The notes under the pieces: model-generated
Databases searched by the model: none
What the model was told of the DNA's origin: nothing
The model's input: the letters and a program-made list of their open reading frames with translations, nothing else
Shown here: piece after piece, positions 1 through 8,402 of the stretch
How the letters are laid out: each line of letters starts with the position of its first letter
Numbering within the stretch: position 1 is the stretch's first letter
Made by a program: the position numbers and the translations under genes
Assembly (NCBI RefSeq): GCF_004365815.1
Contig: NZ_SODD01000046.1
Location: forward strand, 1 to 19,874
Origin: Breznakia blatticola
Lineage (GTDB): Bacteria; Bacillota_I; Bacilli_A; Erysipelotrichales; Erysipelotrichaceae
Direction: 5' to 3'
DNA length: 19,874 nt

Positions 1-1
1 T

Positions 2-94
2 TACCTTCCTTATTTTTATATGGTAATCTTACATTTCAATGTATCATCATACATGTAACAATCTAAGTTAGGTGCGCATCGGTTGAATTAAGCC
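2..94. repeat. Left copy of a perfect 93-bp terminal inverted repeat. Probably the inward-facing end of an IS or transposon copy that continues beyond the window.
   Basis: I reverse-complemented 19782..19874 by hand and it matches 2..94 at 93/93 positions. Identity stops exactly at 94/19782. The outer end reads AAATAAGGAAGGTA, which looks like an SD, so a gene may start just outside the window. An internal ATGTAT-catc-ATACAT hairpin is present. Confidence 0.9.
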
Positions 95-448
95 TGATGG
101 TTTGTAATGTAAATCTGCAGCTGTCTTACGATAAAAACTAAAATCTCTTTCTCCATTAGCTGCTAATGATACAAATGCAAGCGACGTATCATAATCTTTA
201 CTTTGGTGTAGTTCACTTGTATCCACACCGACTTTTTGTAACGTTTCAACAATATGATCACCAAATGCATCTGCACCTACTTGACTTAAGATTTTAGCAT
301 GACCTCCAAGTTTAGCAACTGCACCTGCTACATTGGTTGGTGCTCCACCAACGACTCGATGAAAATTTTCAACATCTTTAAGTCGACACCCTTTTTCTAC
401 TGGGATAAAATCAATTAACGCTTCTCCGATTGCACATAGATTTTTCAT
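68..448 (-). pseudogene. Truncated PfkB-family sugar kinase (fructokinase-like). Only the N-terminal ~118 codons remain, fused to 8 repeat-encoded codons and a stop.
   Basis: MKNLCAIGEALIDFIP...GGAPTNVAGAVAKLGG is a typical PfkB N-terminus. A GAGGAG SD lies upstream of the ATG at 448. The kinase reading frame runs into the inverted repeat at 94 and ends GLIQPMRT*. Full-length family members are roughly 300 aa. Confidence 0.8.
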
Positions 449-476
449 AACGATACTCCTCAATCCTTTTTATTTA

Positions 477-505
477 ATTGTACACGAATTCTAGTTATCA
501 TCCAA
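477..505 (-). promoter_or_regulatory. Candidate sigma-A promoter of the kinase stump (TTGGAT-N17-TACAAT).
   Basis: On the minus strand, TTGGAT is at 500..505 and TACAAT at 477..482 with a 17-nt spacer. This sits ~30 nt upstream of the ATG. Confidence 0.4.
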
Positions 506-513
506 TGGCTGTA

Positions 514-545
514 ACAAAAACAAGTCAGCATTTTTACTGACTTGT
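514..545 (-). terminator. Rho-independent terminator after the P-type ATPase gene.
   Basis: Perfect 9-bp stem ACAAGTCAG/CTGACTTGT (520..528 and 537..545), followed on the minus strand by TTTTTGTT. Confidence 0.8.
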
Positions 546-552
546 CATTTCT

Positions 553-3207
553 TTATTTCATTTTAAATACTCGTTTTAGTACATATACAATGATGGTTGC
601 AGTAATTGAGAATGTTAGGATATAGATCCAGTTTTCAACTCCTAATGGAACTGTTCCAAGTACATTATTGAATAATGGTACATAGATTGCCACAAGTTGT
701 AATCCTACAGCAACAAGCATTGCTATAATCATGGATTTGTTTTGTAGTAATGTTTTATCCAATCCAAACACTTTTACACGACGTACATTTAGTATATGTA
801 ACAACTGCATGATTGCCATCAGTGTAAACGTTGTCGTTTGTGCTTCAATAACAGAAAATCCACGATGTAGTGAAAATGCATAGATTCCAAATGCAGTGAA
901 TCCTAGCACAAGACCACTAAGTAAAATTGGCTTTAAGAAACTTGCAGATAATAAACCTTGCCCTTTCTTTCGTGGTGGTTGATCCATAATGTTATCCTCA
1001 GCTGGTTCAAAACCTAATGACATTGCTGGTAAGATATCAACAACCAAATTCAGCCATAAAATATGTAAGGGTAATACTGGTAAATCTGGAATCAGGAATA
1101 ATAAACTTAAGATAATCGAAGTAATCTCTACCATATTACATGAGAATAAATAGTAGACAAACTTACGTATATTGGCAAAGATAATACGTCCTTCTTTAAC
1201 TGCATCTACAATCGTAGAAAACTTATCTGTTGTAAGAATCATATCAGCAGCTTCTCTAGCTACTTCGGTTCCTCTTACACCCATTGCAATACCAATATCT
1301 GCACCATTCAAAGCAGGAGCATCATTCACACCATCACCAGTCATTGCGACAACTTCATTGGTTTCTTGTAATATTTTAACAATATCCAATTTATTACGTG
1401 GACTTACTCTGGCAAATACACCTGTACGACATACATCATGATCAAACTTTTGCGTATGTTTTGAATTATCAAACTCAAATCCAGTCATAACATTATCATA
1501 CGAGCGCATCCCAATTTGCTTTGCGATAACACTTGCCGTTTGTGGGTGATCTCCAGTAATCATTTTTACACGAATTCCTGCTCTTTGACATAAACGAATG
1601 GATTCCATAACATCTTTTCTTGGTGGATCAATAATTCCTACCAACCCTAGAATCCGTACATTTCCATCACATGTATTGTTATAGATGGCTTCATTATCAT
1701 CAATCATCCCAATAGCTAGTACACGCCAACCGTGACTTGCCATTTCCTCGTTTTTTTCACGAATCTTTGCTTTTGTATCTTGGTCATGATGTGACATATC
1801 AAGTAGTACATCTGGACCACCTTTAATAAAGGTGTATTTTTGATCACCTTTTTGATACAACGTAATCATATATTTTAATTTTGAATTAAATGGAATTTCA
1901 TCTAATCGTTCAAAACCTTCATCGTGTAAACGATTTCGACTATAGCCTACCTTATCACCAAGTACAATAAGTGAACCTTCTGTAGGATCACCAATAATAC
2001 TGTACTCTCCATGCTCCTCTTGTAGGGTGGCATTTGTATTCAGTACTGCTGCATATAAAAACTGTTGTAGTTTTTCAACACTGTCCACTGTAATTGCTGT
2101 CCCATCATGTAAGATTTGTCCAGTTGGTTCATATCCACCACCTGTAACTTCATATTCTTGTCCATTTAATAAATAGATGGACTCTACTGTCATTTGATTT
2201 TCGGTAAGTGTACCTGTTTTATCCGAACAAATAACACTTGTACTTCCTAGTGTTTCTACTGCATCTAATGTTTTCACTAACGCTTTATGTTCACTCATAC
2301 GTGACATACCTTTGGCCAGTGTAATTGTGGATACTGCAGGCATTGCTTCTGGAATCGATGCAATTGCTAGTATTAAGGCAACTTGTAAAACAAATGATAA
2401 TTCACGTCCTGTTGCTAATCCAATCACAATTACAATTAGAGCAAATAGTGCTGCAATTCCAATAAGTAAACGTCCAAGCTTATCAAGTTCTTGATTTAAT
2501 GGACTTGCCTCTTTTTTGGTTTCTTTTAGTAAACTTGAGATTTGCCCAACTTCACTATAACTTCCGGTAGCAGTAACAATTGCTTTAGCATTTCCTCTAG
2601 TAACTGCTGTTCCTGCAAACACATAGTTCTTACGGTCACCTAAAGATACATCTTCATCAAAGGTTAGACTTGCATCCTTACTTGAAGCAATACTTTCACC
2701 AGTTAAACTTGCCTCCATACAAGCTAAGTTTGTTGATTCAATTAATCTAGCATCCGCACTAATTGCATCTCCACTTTTTAAAGATAGTAAATCTCCTGGA
2801 ACCAAATCTTCTGAATTAATTTCCATCAACTGTCCATCACGAACAACATCTGCTTTTGTCTTAATCATGCTTTGTAGTGACTCGACAGATTTTTGTGCCT
2901 TTAGTTCTGAAACAAACCCAAAAGCAACTGCTATAAAAACAGCAATTAGTACTGCAATTCCTTCTACTGTATCACCTAGCGCAAACGAAATTGCTGCTGC
3001 TGCTAACAATAAATATACAATAATATTATTCAGTTTTTCTAACAATATATGCCATGGTGATACTTTTTTACCACCTTCTAATACGTTCTTTCCATACTCT
3101 TCTAAGCGCGTTTCTACTTCCTTACTTGTTAGTCCAACTTGACCATCACTTCCTATATCGACGATGACCTGATCGATCTCACATTTATAATATTCCTTAT
3201 TTGCCAT
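553..3207 (-). CDS. Cation-transporting P-type ATPase (P2-type, Ca2+/Mg2+-like), 884 aa.
   Basis: Motifs present: TGES (SLTGES), the phosphorylation site CSDKTGTLT, MITGDH, GDGVNDAPAL, and about 10 TM segments. I chose the start at MANKEYY (ATG at 3207) because GGAAAGGAAG lies upstream. The 30 extra codons in the ORF track are discarded. Confidence 0.93.
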   Translation of the reverse strand: MANKEYYKCEIDQVIVDIGSDGQVGLTSKEVETRLEEYGKNVLEGGKKVSPWHILLEKLNNIIVYLLLAAAAISFALGDTVEGIAVLIAVFIAVAFGFVSELKAQKSVESLQSMIKTKADVVRDGQLMEINSEDLVPGDLLSLKSGDAISADARLIESTNLACMEASLTGESIASSKDASLTFDEDVSLGDRKNYVFAGTAVTRGNAKAIVTATGSYSEVGQISSLLKETKKEASPLNQELDKLGRLLIGIAALFALIVIVIGLATGRELSFVLQVALILAIASIPEAMPAVSTITLAKGMSRMSEHKALVKTLDAVETLGSTSVICSDKTGTLTENQMTVESIYLLNGQEYEVTGGGYEPTGQILHDGTAITVDSVEKLQQFLYAAVLNTNATLQEEHGEYSIIGDPTEGSLIVLGDKVGYSRNRLHDEGFERLDEIPFNSKLKYMITLYQKGDQKYTFIKGGPDVLLDMSHHDQDTKAKIREKNEEMASHGWRVLAIGMIDDNEAIYNNTCDGNVRILGLVGIIDPPRKDVMESIRLCQRAGIRVKMITGDHPQTASVIAKQIGMRSYDNVMTGFEFDNSKHTQKFDHDVCRTGVFARVSPRNKLDIVKILQETNEVVAMTGDGVNDAPALNGADIGIAMGVRGTEVAREAADMILTTDKFSTIVDAVKEGRIIFANIRKFVYYLFSCNMVEITSIILSLLFLIPDLPVLPLHILWLNLVVDILPAMSLGFEPAEDNIMDQPPRKKGQGLLSASFLKPILLSGLVLGFTAFGIYAFSLHRGFSVIEAQTTTFTLMAIMQLLHILNVRRVKVFGLDKTLLQNKSMIIAMLVAVGLQLVAIYVPLFNNVLGTVPLGVENWIYILTFSITATIIVYVLKRVFKMK

Positions 3208-3317
3208 TGACCCACTTCCTTTCCTTCTTCCTACAAATATCGTAACAAACATGTAATCATATACAAAATGATATGCATAATAAATTATAACTATCACAAT
3301 GTTTCACAAAGTAGAAA

Positions 3318-3348
3318 ACACAAAAAAAGAAGATGTGTTTACACCTTC
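3318..3348 (-). terminator. Probable terminator after the ABC permease gene.
   Basis: Minus strand reads GAAGGTGTaaACACatCTTC followed by TTTTTTTGTGTTTTC. The stem is imperfect. Confidence 0.5.
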
Positions 3349-3358
3349 CTTAATCTGG

Positions 3359-5383
3359 TTATTTTGAATGAATAATCTTCTTTGCGCCCACATACGTAAC
3401 CACAAAGTAACATCCATAAATTAGTAATAATATGGCACATGCAATTGCACTACCTTCAAGAATCGAACTTCTTCCAGTTGTCATAATAATCGCATCAACA
3501 AAATGGATTCCCACAAAACTATGTACTAGTGCTAATGCTAATGGAATAAAGAAGTAAATACATAATTGTTTAAATAATGCACGGTTCATCATCACATCAT
3601 CTGCACCAATTTTATTTAAAATCAAGTACCGTTTTTTATTGTCATTTGCCTTTGTGAGTTGTTGAAGTGCTAATAGTGTCACACTACTTAACATGAAGAC
3701 AATCCCTAAATAGATACCAACATATGTCACAATAACTGACGTACCTTTATTTCCATCATATATATCTTGACGTGTCGATGCAAAGTAAGAAAAGGTATAT
3801 CCCTTGTTAGAGAATTGTTCAGTTATTTCGTTTTCTAATGCTTCTCGAATTGCATCATGTTTCGTTTCATCTTTTGCATTTATATTAATTGCATGATAGA
3901 TAAATGTCGGATCATCAAATTCGATTTCATCATCAACGACACAAATAAATGAATTGTCGATAAGTGGTGATGATGCTAATGTCATTTCAGGTAAATCGAT
4001 TTCTTTTAAACTAAATGTATATCCTTGAACATTCAATGTACGTTTATTTGCAATATCTTTGCTTATTGGATCACGTAGTTGTACAGATGTTGTATAAGGA
4101 ACAAGCTCATTTTTCTTTATCTCAATGGGTTTGTAGCCTTGATCAGTAAGCACATCATTGAAATCACTTTCATGTATAAAACTAAGTTCTTCATAGTTAG
4201 ATTGTTCTGTCATTCCAATTTCTCTATTTGCATAATGATTCACTACATGCTCAAATACGTTATTGTATTCTGCTGTAGGAATTCCTATAGCTACCTTTTT
4301 TTGAACCCGAAGTATGCTTGCATCATCTTTGACACTATCTGGTAATTGTAATTCGATGACTTCAATTGGTGTATCTTCACGATATTGTCTATATTCAACA
4401 CTTACATCATATGGTGTTGATTGTTTTAATGATTTATTAATCGTTGCATTCAAACTCAATCCTGTACATAACGCTCCAATTGATAATAGAAGTAGAATAC
4501 AAACAAAGCTCATTGAAATGAAGTTGCTTTTAATACTTGCATTTACCTCTTTCAAGACAAACATATTTAAACCTTTGTAGTATAGTTTTTTACTGCTCGA
4601 TACAAAGCGTAACATAAATCCTGCCAAACTTAGGAAGAATAGTAGTGTTCCAATACAACCAAAAGAAACTACAAATATGAATTTATTACCAAGCACATTA
4701 AATGGATCGGTCCACGCATGGTAATAAGAAACACCTAAACAAACTAATGAAACAATAAAAATTAGTACATAAATACCCACGTATTTAATGTGAATCTCTT
4801 CATTTTTGCGGTCTGCATATAATAAATCAATCAGTTTAAATTTTGATAGTATTACTATATTTAGTAACATGGCAAGAAAAAATACCAGACCAAAACATAA
4901 GATTGTCAGTATTAGTGCCTCAAATGAGAACACAAAACGATAGTTCAGTTGCACTTCAAACAAACTTGCAGTTGCGATCGTTAACACTTGTGATAATGCA
5001 ATGCCAAATACAATTCCAACAACTAGTGATAATAAACCAATAATAAATGTTTCATATAATAGAATTCTTGCCATCTTGGATTTTTCCATTCCAAGTAGCA
5101 TATACGTTCCAAACTCTTTTTTTCTACGCCGTACAAGAAAACTATTGGCATACATAATAAGAAAGCATAGTACTACAGCTACAAACACTGACATATATCC
5201 CATGATTTCTGTAAGTAACTTCATAATTTCTGATTGTGAAGTTGTCATTTCAATGACAGCTTGTTGTTCCGTAAATGAGTTAAATGCAAAGAATAAACAA
5301 ACCGAGAACGCTAAAGTAAGAAAGTAAATAAAATAATCTTGAAAACTCTTACGTACGTTCTGTAAAGCAATTTTAAAGTACAT
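3359..5383 (-). CDS. BceB-type ABC transporter permease (FtsX family, large extracellular loop), 674 aa.
   Basis: The size, the N-terminus MYFKIALQNVRKSF..., the multi-TM layout and a long hydrophilic insert of ~200 aa match Bce-type permeases. The start is the ATG at 5383, 9 nt after AGGAGG. It overlaps the upstream ATPase gene by 11 nt. Confidence 0.9.
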   Translation of the reverse strand: MYFKIALQNVRKSFQDYFIYFLTLAFSVCLFFAFNSFTEQQAVIEMTTSQSEIMKLLTEIMGYMSVFVAVVLCFLIMYANSFLVRRRKKEFGTYMLLGMEKSKMARILLYETFIIGLLSLVVGIVFGIALSQVLTIATASLFEVQLNYRFVFSFEALILTILCFGLVFFLAMLLNIVILSKFKLIDLLYADRKNEEIHIKYVGIYVLIFIVSLVCLGVSYYHAWTDPFNVLGNKFIFVVSFGCIGTLLFFLSLAGFMLRFVSSSKKLYYKGLNMFVLKEVNASIKSNFISMSFVCILLLLSIGALCTGLSLNATINKSLKQSTPYDVSVEYRQYREDTPIEVIELQLPDSVKDDASILRVQKKVAIGIPTAEYNNVFEHVVNHYANREIGMTEQSNYEELSFIHESDFNDVLTDQGYKPIEIKKNELVPYTTSVQLRDPISKDIANKRTLNVQGYTFSLKEIDLPEMTLASSPLIDNSFICVVDDEIEFDDPTFIYHAININAKDETKHDAIREALENEITEQFSNKGYTFSYFASTRQDIYDGNKGTSVIVTYVGIYLGIVFMLSSVTLLALQQLTKANDNKKRYLILNKIGADDVMMNRALFKQLCIYFFIPLALALVHSFVGIHFVDAIIMTTGRSSILEGSAIACAILLLIYGCYFVVTYVGAKKIIHSK

Positions 5384-6140
5384 TAGAGATGTCACCTCCT
5401 AATAAGGTAACAACTTCAATGATTTGATCAAAAAACTGTTTACGACTTTGATTTCCTTTGTAGATTTCATTGAAGATCTTCCCATCTTTAATAAATAATA
5501 TACGATCACAGAAACTTGCAGTAAACGTATCATGTGTAACTAGTAAGATGGTACTGTTATACTCTTTATTTAACTTTTCTAATGATTCAAGTAACATTCG
5601 ACTTGATTTACTATCTAATGCTCCTGTTGGTTCATCTGCTAAAATCAAACTTGGATTATGAACCAAAGCACGTGCAGCAGCAACTCTTTGGCGTTGTCCT
5701 CCTGACATTTGATATGGATATTTTGGAAGTACTTCTTCAATATCTAATTTCTTTGCAACTTCTTTTACTTGTGCATCAATCTTCTTTGGATTTACCTTTT
5801 GAATCGTCAATGCTAGTGCAATATTTTCAAATGCTGTTAGTGTATCAAGTAAGTTAAAGTCTTGGAAAATAAATCCCAATTGTTCGCGACGAAATTTACT
5901 TAGCTTTTGTTTTTTCAATTCTGTAATATTTGTATCATCAATTACAATATTTCCACTTGTTACTTTATCAATAGTAGACACACAGTTTAATAAGGTTGTC
6001 TTTCCAGATCCACTTGGACCCATGATTCCAACGAATTCACCTTCGTTTATATCAAAGGTAATTCCGTCAATTGCCTTTGTTAAGTTATCCTTATTCCCAT
6101 AATATTTCTCAATATTTTGAACATTTAATACTTGTTTCAT
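5373..6140 (-). CDS. ABC transporter ATP-binding protein (BceA/MacB-like), 255 aa.
   Basis: Walker A GPSGSGKTT, signature MSGGQRQR, Walker B LILADEPT. An AGGAGGAG SD precedes the ATG. Confidence 0.95.
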   Translation of the reverse strand: MKQVLNVQNIEKYYGNKDNLTKAIDGITFDINEGEFVGIMGPSGSGKTTLLNCVSTIDKVTSGNIVIDDTNITELKKQKLSKFRREQLGFIFQDFNLLDTLTAFENIALALTIQKVNPKKIDAQVKEVAKKLDIEEVLPKYPYQMSGGQRQRVAAARALVHNPSLILADEPTGALDSKSSRMLLESLEKLNKEYNSTILLVTHDTFTASFCDRILFIKDGKIFNEIYKGNQSRKQFFDQIIEVVTLLGGDISNVL

Positions 6141-6184
6141 TATGTTCTCCTCCTGTATGTAACTATCATAAACTTTCTATCTTT

Positions 6185-6229
6185 AGTATACACGCGAACT
6201 ATCTTACACTTTCCTTACATTTTTGTAAG
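6185..6229 (-). promoter_or_regulatory. Bce-type response-regulator box plus -10 element upstream of the ABC transporter genes.
   Basis: The minus strand reads CTTACAaaaaTGTAAG (6214..6229), a third half-site TGTAAG (6203..6208), and then TATACT (6185..6190). The inverted repeat fits the TNACA-N4-TGTAA type of site that I recall being reported for BceR-like regulators. Confidence 0.6.
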
Positions 6230-6254
6230 AAAGAAAAAAGGTGCGATAGCACCT
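6227..6254 (-). terminator. Rho-independent terminator after the small DUF6440-like gene.
   Basis: Stem AGGTGC-tatc-GCACCT, followed on the minus strand by TTTTTTCTTTC. Confidence 0.75.
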
Positions 6255-6457
6255 CACTGATGAGAATCAATTTCTCCCATCATATATTTTGTAATAACGA
6301 CATTCCCATGACTATCTAAGAGTGGTGTTAATCCACTTCCTTCAGGAGTATTGACCAATAAATAATTGACCCCCGTAATTTGATCTTCAAGAATACGGAT
6401 ACCTTGAAGTGTTGTTTCTTCGTGGACAATAACAAATCGTTCCTTATCTGTACGCAT
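6254..6457 (-). CDS. Small conserved hypothetical protein (DUF6440-like by recollection), 67 aa.
   Basis: MRTDKERFVIVHEETTLQGIRILEDQITGVNYLLV...GLTPLLDSHGN. The ATG at 6457 is preceded by an AGGAGGA SD. The longer track ORF overlaps the upstream gene and is rejected. Confidence 0.7.
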   Translation of the reverse strand: MRTDKERFVIVHEETTLQGIRILEDQITGVNYLLVNTPEGSGLTPLLDSHGNVVITKYMMGEIDSHQ

Positions 6458-6465
6458 GATTCCTC

Positions 6466-6654
6466 CTAGTGAAATAAAATAAAGTAGATAACATAGACCC
6501 AACCAAGCAAACCGTGAACGATTGCCCAACCAATACTATGCCATGTTGTATAGCTTATCACCATTGCTAGTGCACTACCAAAGGACAATCCTTGTTTGAT
6601 CGTCTTATTCACAATTGTTGTTTTGCCATCTGCACGGCGTTCATATTCTGACAT
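6466..6654 (-). CDS. Small hydrophobic membrane protein of unknown function, 62 aa.
   Basis: One or two predicted TM segments (FGSALAMVISY..., IGWAIVHGLLGWVYVIYFILF). An AGAGGAGAAG SD is present. The gene is tightly packed between the HK stop and the next gene's SD. Confidence 0.6.
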   Translation of the reverse strand: MSEYERRADGKTTIVNKTIKQGLSFGSALAMVISYTTWHSIGWAIVHGLLGWVYVIYFILFH

Positions 6655-6665
6655 AGCTTCTCCTC

Positions 6666-7679
6666 TTACAATAAGTTTTTATAAAATCGACTATTGGGAA
6701 TTGTTATACTCACACAAGTACCTTTATGTACTGTACTATCTAGTCGTATAGACATATAAAGCTTGTCACATAACGCTTTACATAAATACAATCCCATACC
6801 TGTTGCTTTCTTTTCCAATCGTCCATTTTCACCAGTAAATCCACGATCAAATACTCGAGAAACATCTTTTGGATCAATTCCTATTCCTGTATCTGAAATA
6901 CGCACTTCAAGATCTTGATCATGTACTACAGTATCAATATGGATAGATCCACCAACATCTGTATACTTTAATGCATTATCTAATATCTGATGCAAAATGA
7001 ATTCTAACCATTTACTATCCATCGTGATCATGTGATCACTATTCGTAATTGATAATTTAATTTCTTTATAAATGAATCGCTGCTTTAAACGACGTACAGC
7101 TGCATTGATACTATCACTAAGCTGGATTTCTTTTAATACATAATCGCGTGAAGGATCACTACTTTTTGCATAATATAAAGCTTGCTCAATATAATCATTC
7201 ATCCGCTCGATTTCCAAGTCCAAAGCTTTACTTATTCCACTTGGATGATTGGTATTCATCAATTTCGCAGCGGTCAATGGACTTTTTATCTCATGAATCC
7301 ACATTTCGATATATTCTTTATAATCTTTTTCACGTTTCTCATATGTTGCAATTCGATCATTGTAGTTTTTATTAATTTCTTCTAAGGTTTGATATAGAAT
7401 TCTACCTTCTTGAAATTCTGGTTCATCAATAACTTCGATTAATAAACTTTTTTGATCCAGTCGTTCCAACTGGTCTTTAAGTTGTTTATAGTACCCATTT
7501 TTTTGTCGATACTCAATAAATAAAAAGCCAAAGATAAATGACCATATACTAACAAGAAAAAGTATAACGGTATCTATGCTTAGTTTAGAAGCAAGTAAAA
7601 AGAATCCTTGCAACGCACTTAACAATGCACCTAAAACTAAAATATAAAAATGCTCTTTTAGATATGTATACTTACTCAT
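6666..7679 (-). CDS. Intramembrane-sensing histidine kinase (BceS-like), 337 aa.
   Basis: Two N-terminal TM helices are separated by a very short loop. An H-box (IHEIKSPLTAA) and HATPase_c motifs (DNALKYT, DTGIGI, GTGMGL) are present. There is an 8-nt overlap with the RR gene. Confidence 0.92.
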   Translation of the reverse strand: MSKYTYLKEHFYILVLGALLSALQGFFLLASKLSIDTVILFLVSIWSFIFGFLFIEYRQKNGYYKQLKDQLERLDQKSLLIEVIDEPEFQEGRILYQTLEEINKNYNDRIATYEKREKDYKEYIEMWIHEIKSPLTAAKLMNTNHPSGISKALDLEIERMNDYIEQALYYAKSSDPSRDYVLKEIQLSDSINAAVRRLKQRFIYKEIKLSITNSDHMITMDSKWLEFILHQILDNALKYTDVGGSIHIDTVVHDQDLEVRISDTGIGIDPKDVSRVFDRGFTGENGRLEKKATGMGLYLCKALCDKLYMSIRLDSTVHKGTCVSITIPNSRFYKNLL

Positions 7680-8343
7680 TAATTAAATACCCCATACCAC
7701 GTTTTGTTTCAATAAAGTTTTCCAAATCAATATATGCAAGTTTCTTGCGTAGACGATTCATGTTTACCGTTAAGGCATTATCATCCACAAACATATCACT
7801 ATCCCACATCTCCGACATCAACTCTTCACGTAAAACAATACGATTTTTATGTTTGAATAATGTCGTCATAATGCGCAGTTCATTTTTTGTGAGTTCAATA
7901 CTTTGTTTATTGTAAGTAAGTGTACTTTTTGCGACGTCCAGTTGGACACCCGCAACAAATAATTTACTACCATTATCCCCTTCATAGCTACGATTTAATA
8001 ATCGTTCCATGCGTGCAAGTAAAATTTGTAAGTTATATGGTTTTGAGACAAAATCATCTGCGCCCATATGCATACTCATCAACTCATCTAAATCTGTATT
8101 ACGACTGGTAACAATGATCATTGGTACATTGCTTTGCTTACGTACTTCTTTGGCAATATGATTCCCATCAATACCCGGCAAGTTCAAATCAAGCAAAATC
8201 AAGTGTACATCACTATCAAGAATTTGCTTGCTCACATCACAAAAATCCACAACGGTTTGGACATCATATCCATTGGTTTGTAGAAACGTTGCAAGTTCAT
8301 CACGAATATTAATTTCATCTTCAACAATTAAGATTTTATACAT
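7672..8343 (-). CDS. OmpR-family response regulator (BceR-like), 223 aa.
   Basis: A receiver domain (MYKILIVEDE..., LILLDLNLPGIDG) is followed by a winged-helix C-terminus (TKNELRIM...ETKRGMGY). I chose the start at MYKILIV (ATG at 8343). No SD is visible. Confidence 0.88.
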   Translation of the reverse strand: MYKILIVEDEINIRDELATFLQTNGYDVQTVVDFCDVSKQILDSDVHLILLDLNLPGIDGNHIAKEVRKQSNVPMIIVTSRNTDLDELMSMHMGADDFVSKPYNLQILLARMERLLNRSYEGDNGSKLFVAGVQLDVAKSTLTYNKQSIELTKNELRIMTTLFKHKNRIVLREELMSEMWDSDMFVDDNALTVNMNRLRKKLAYIDLENFIETKRGMGYLINE

Positions 8344-8370
8344 ATTTTTATTATACATGAATTTTGTGGT

Positions 8371-8399
8371 AAAGCGACAAAAACGAGCATTCGCTCGTT
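8371..8399 (-). terminator. Rho-independent terminator after tethered sigma gene 1.
   Basis: Stem AACGAGC-gaat-GCTCGTT (8382..8399), followed on the minus strand by TTTGTCGCTTT. Confidence 0.65.
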
Positions 8400-8402
8400 C
8401 TC

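Noticed and set aside
1172-5327. Plus-strand ORFs of 60-108 aa (1172..1441, 2312..2494, 2867..3142, 4079..4345, 4314..4580, 4843..5043, 5001..5327).
   Set aside because: All lie antisense inside the well-supported P-type ATPase and permease genes. They have low-complexity Ser/Thr/Ile-rich translations, no SD and no recognisable motifs. They are shadow ORFs.
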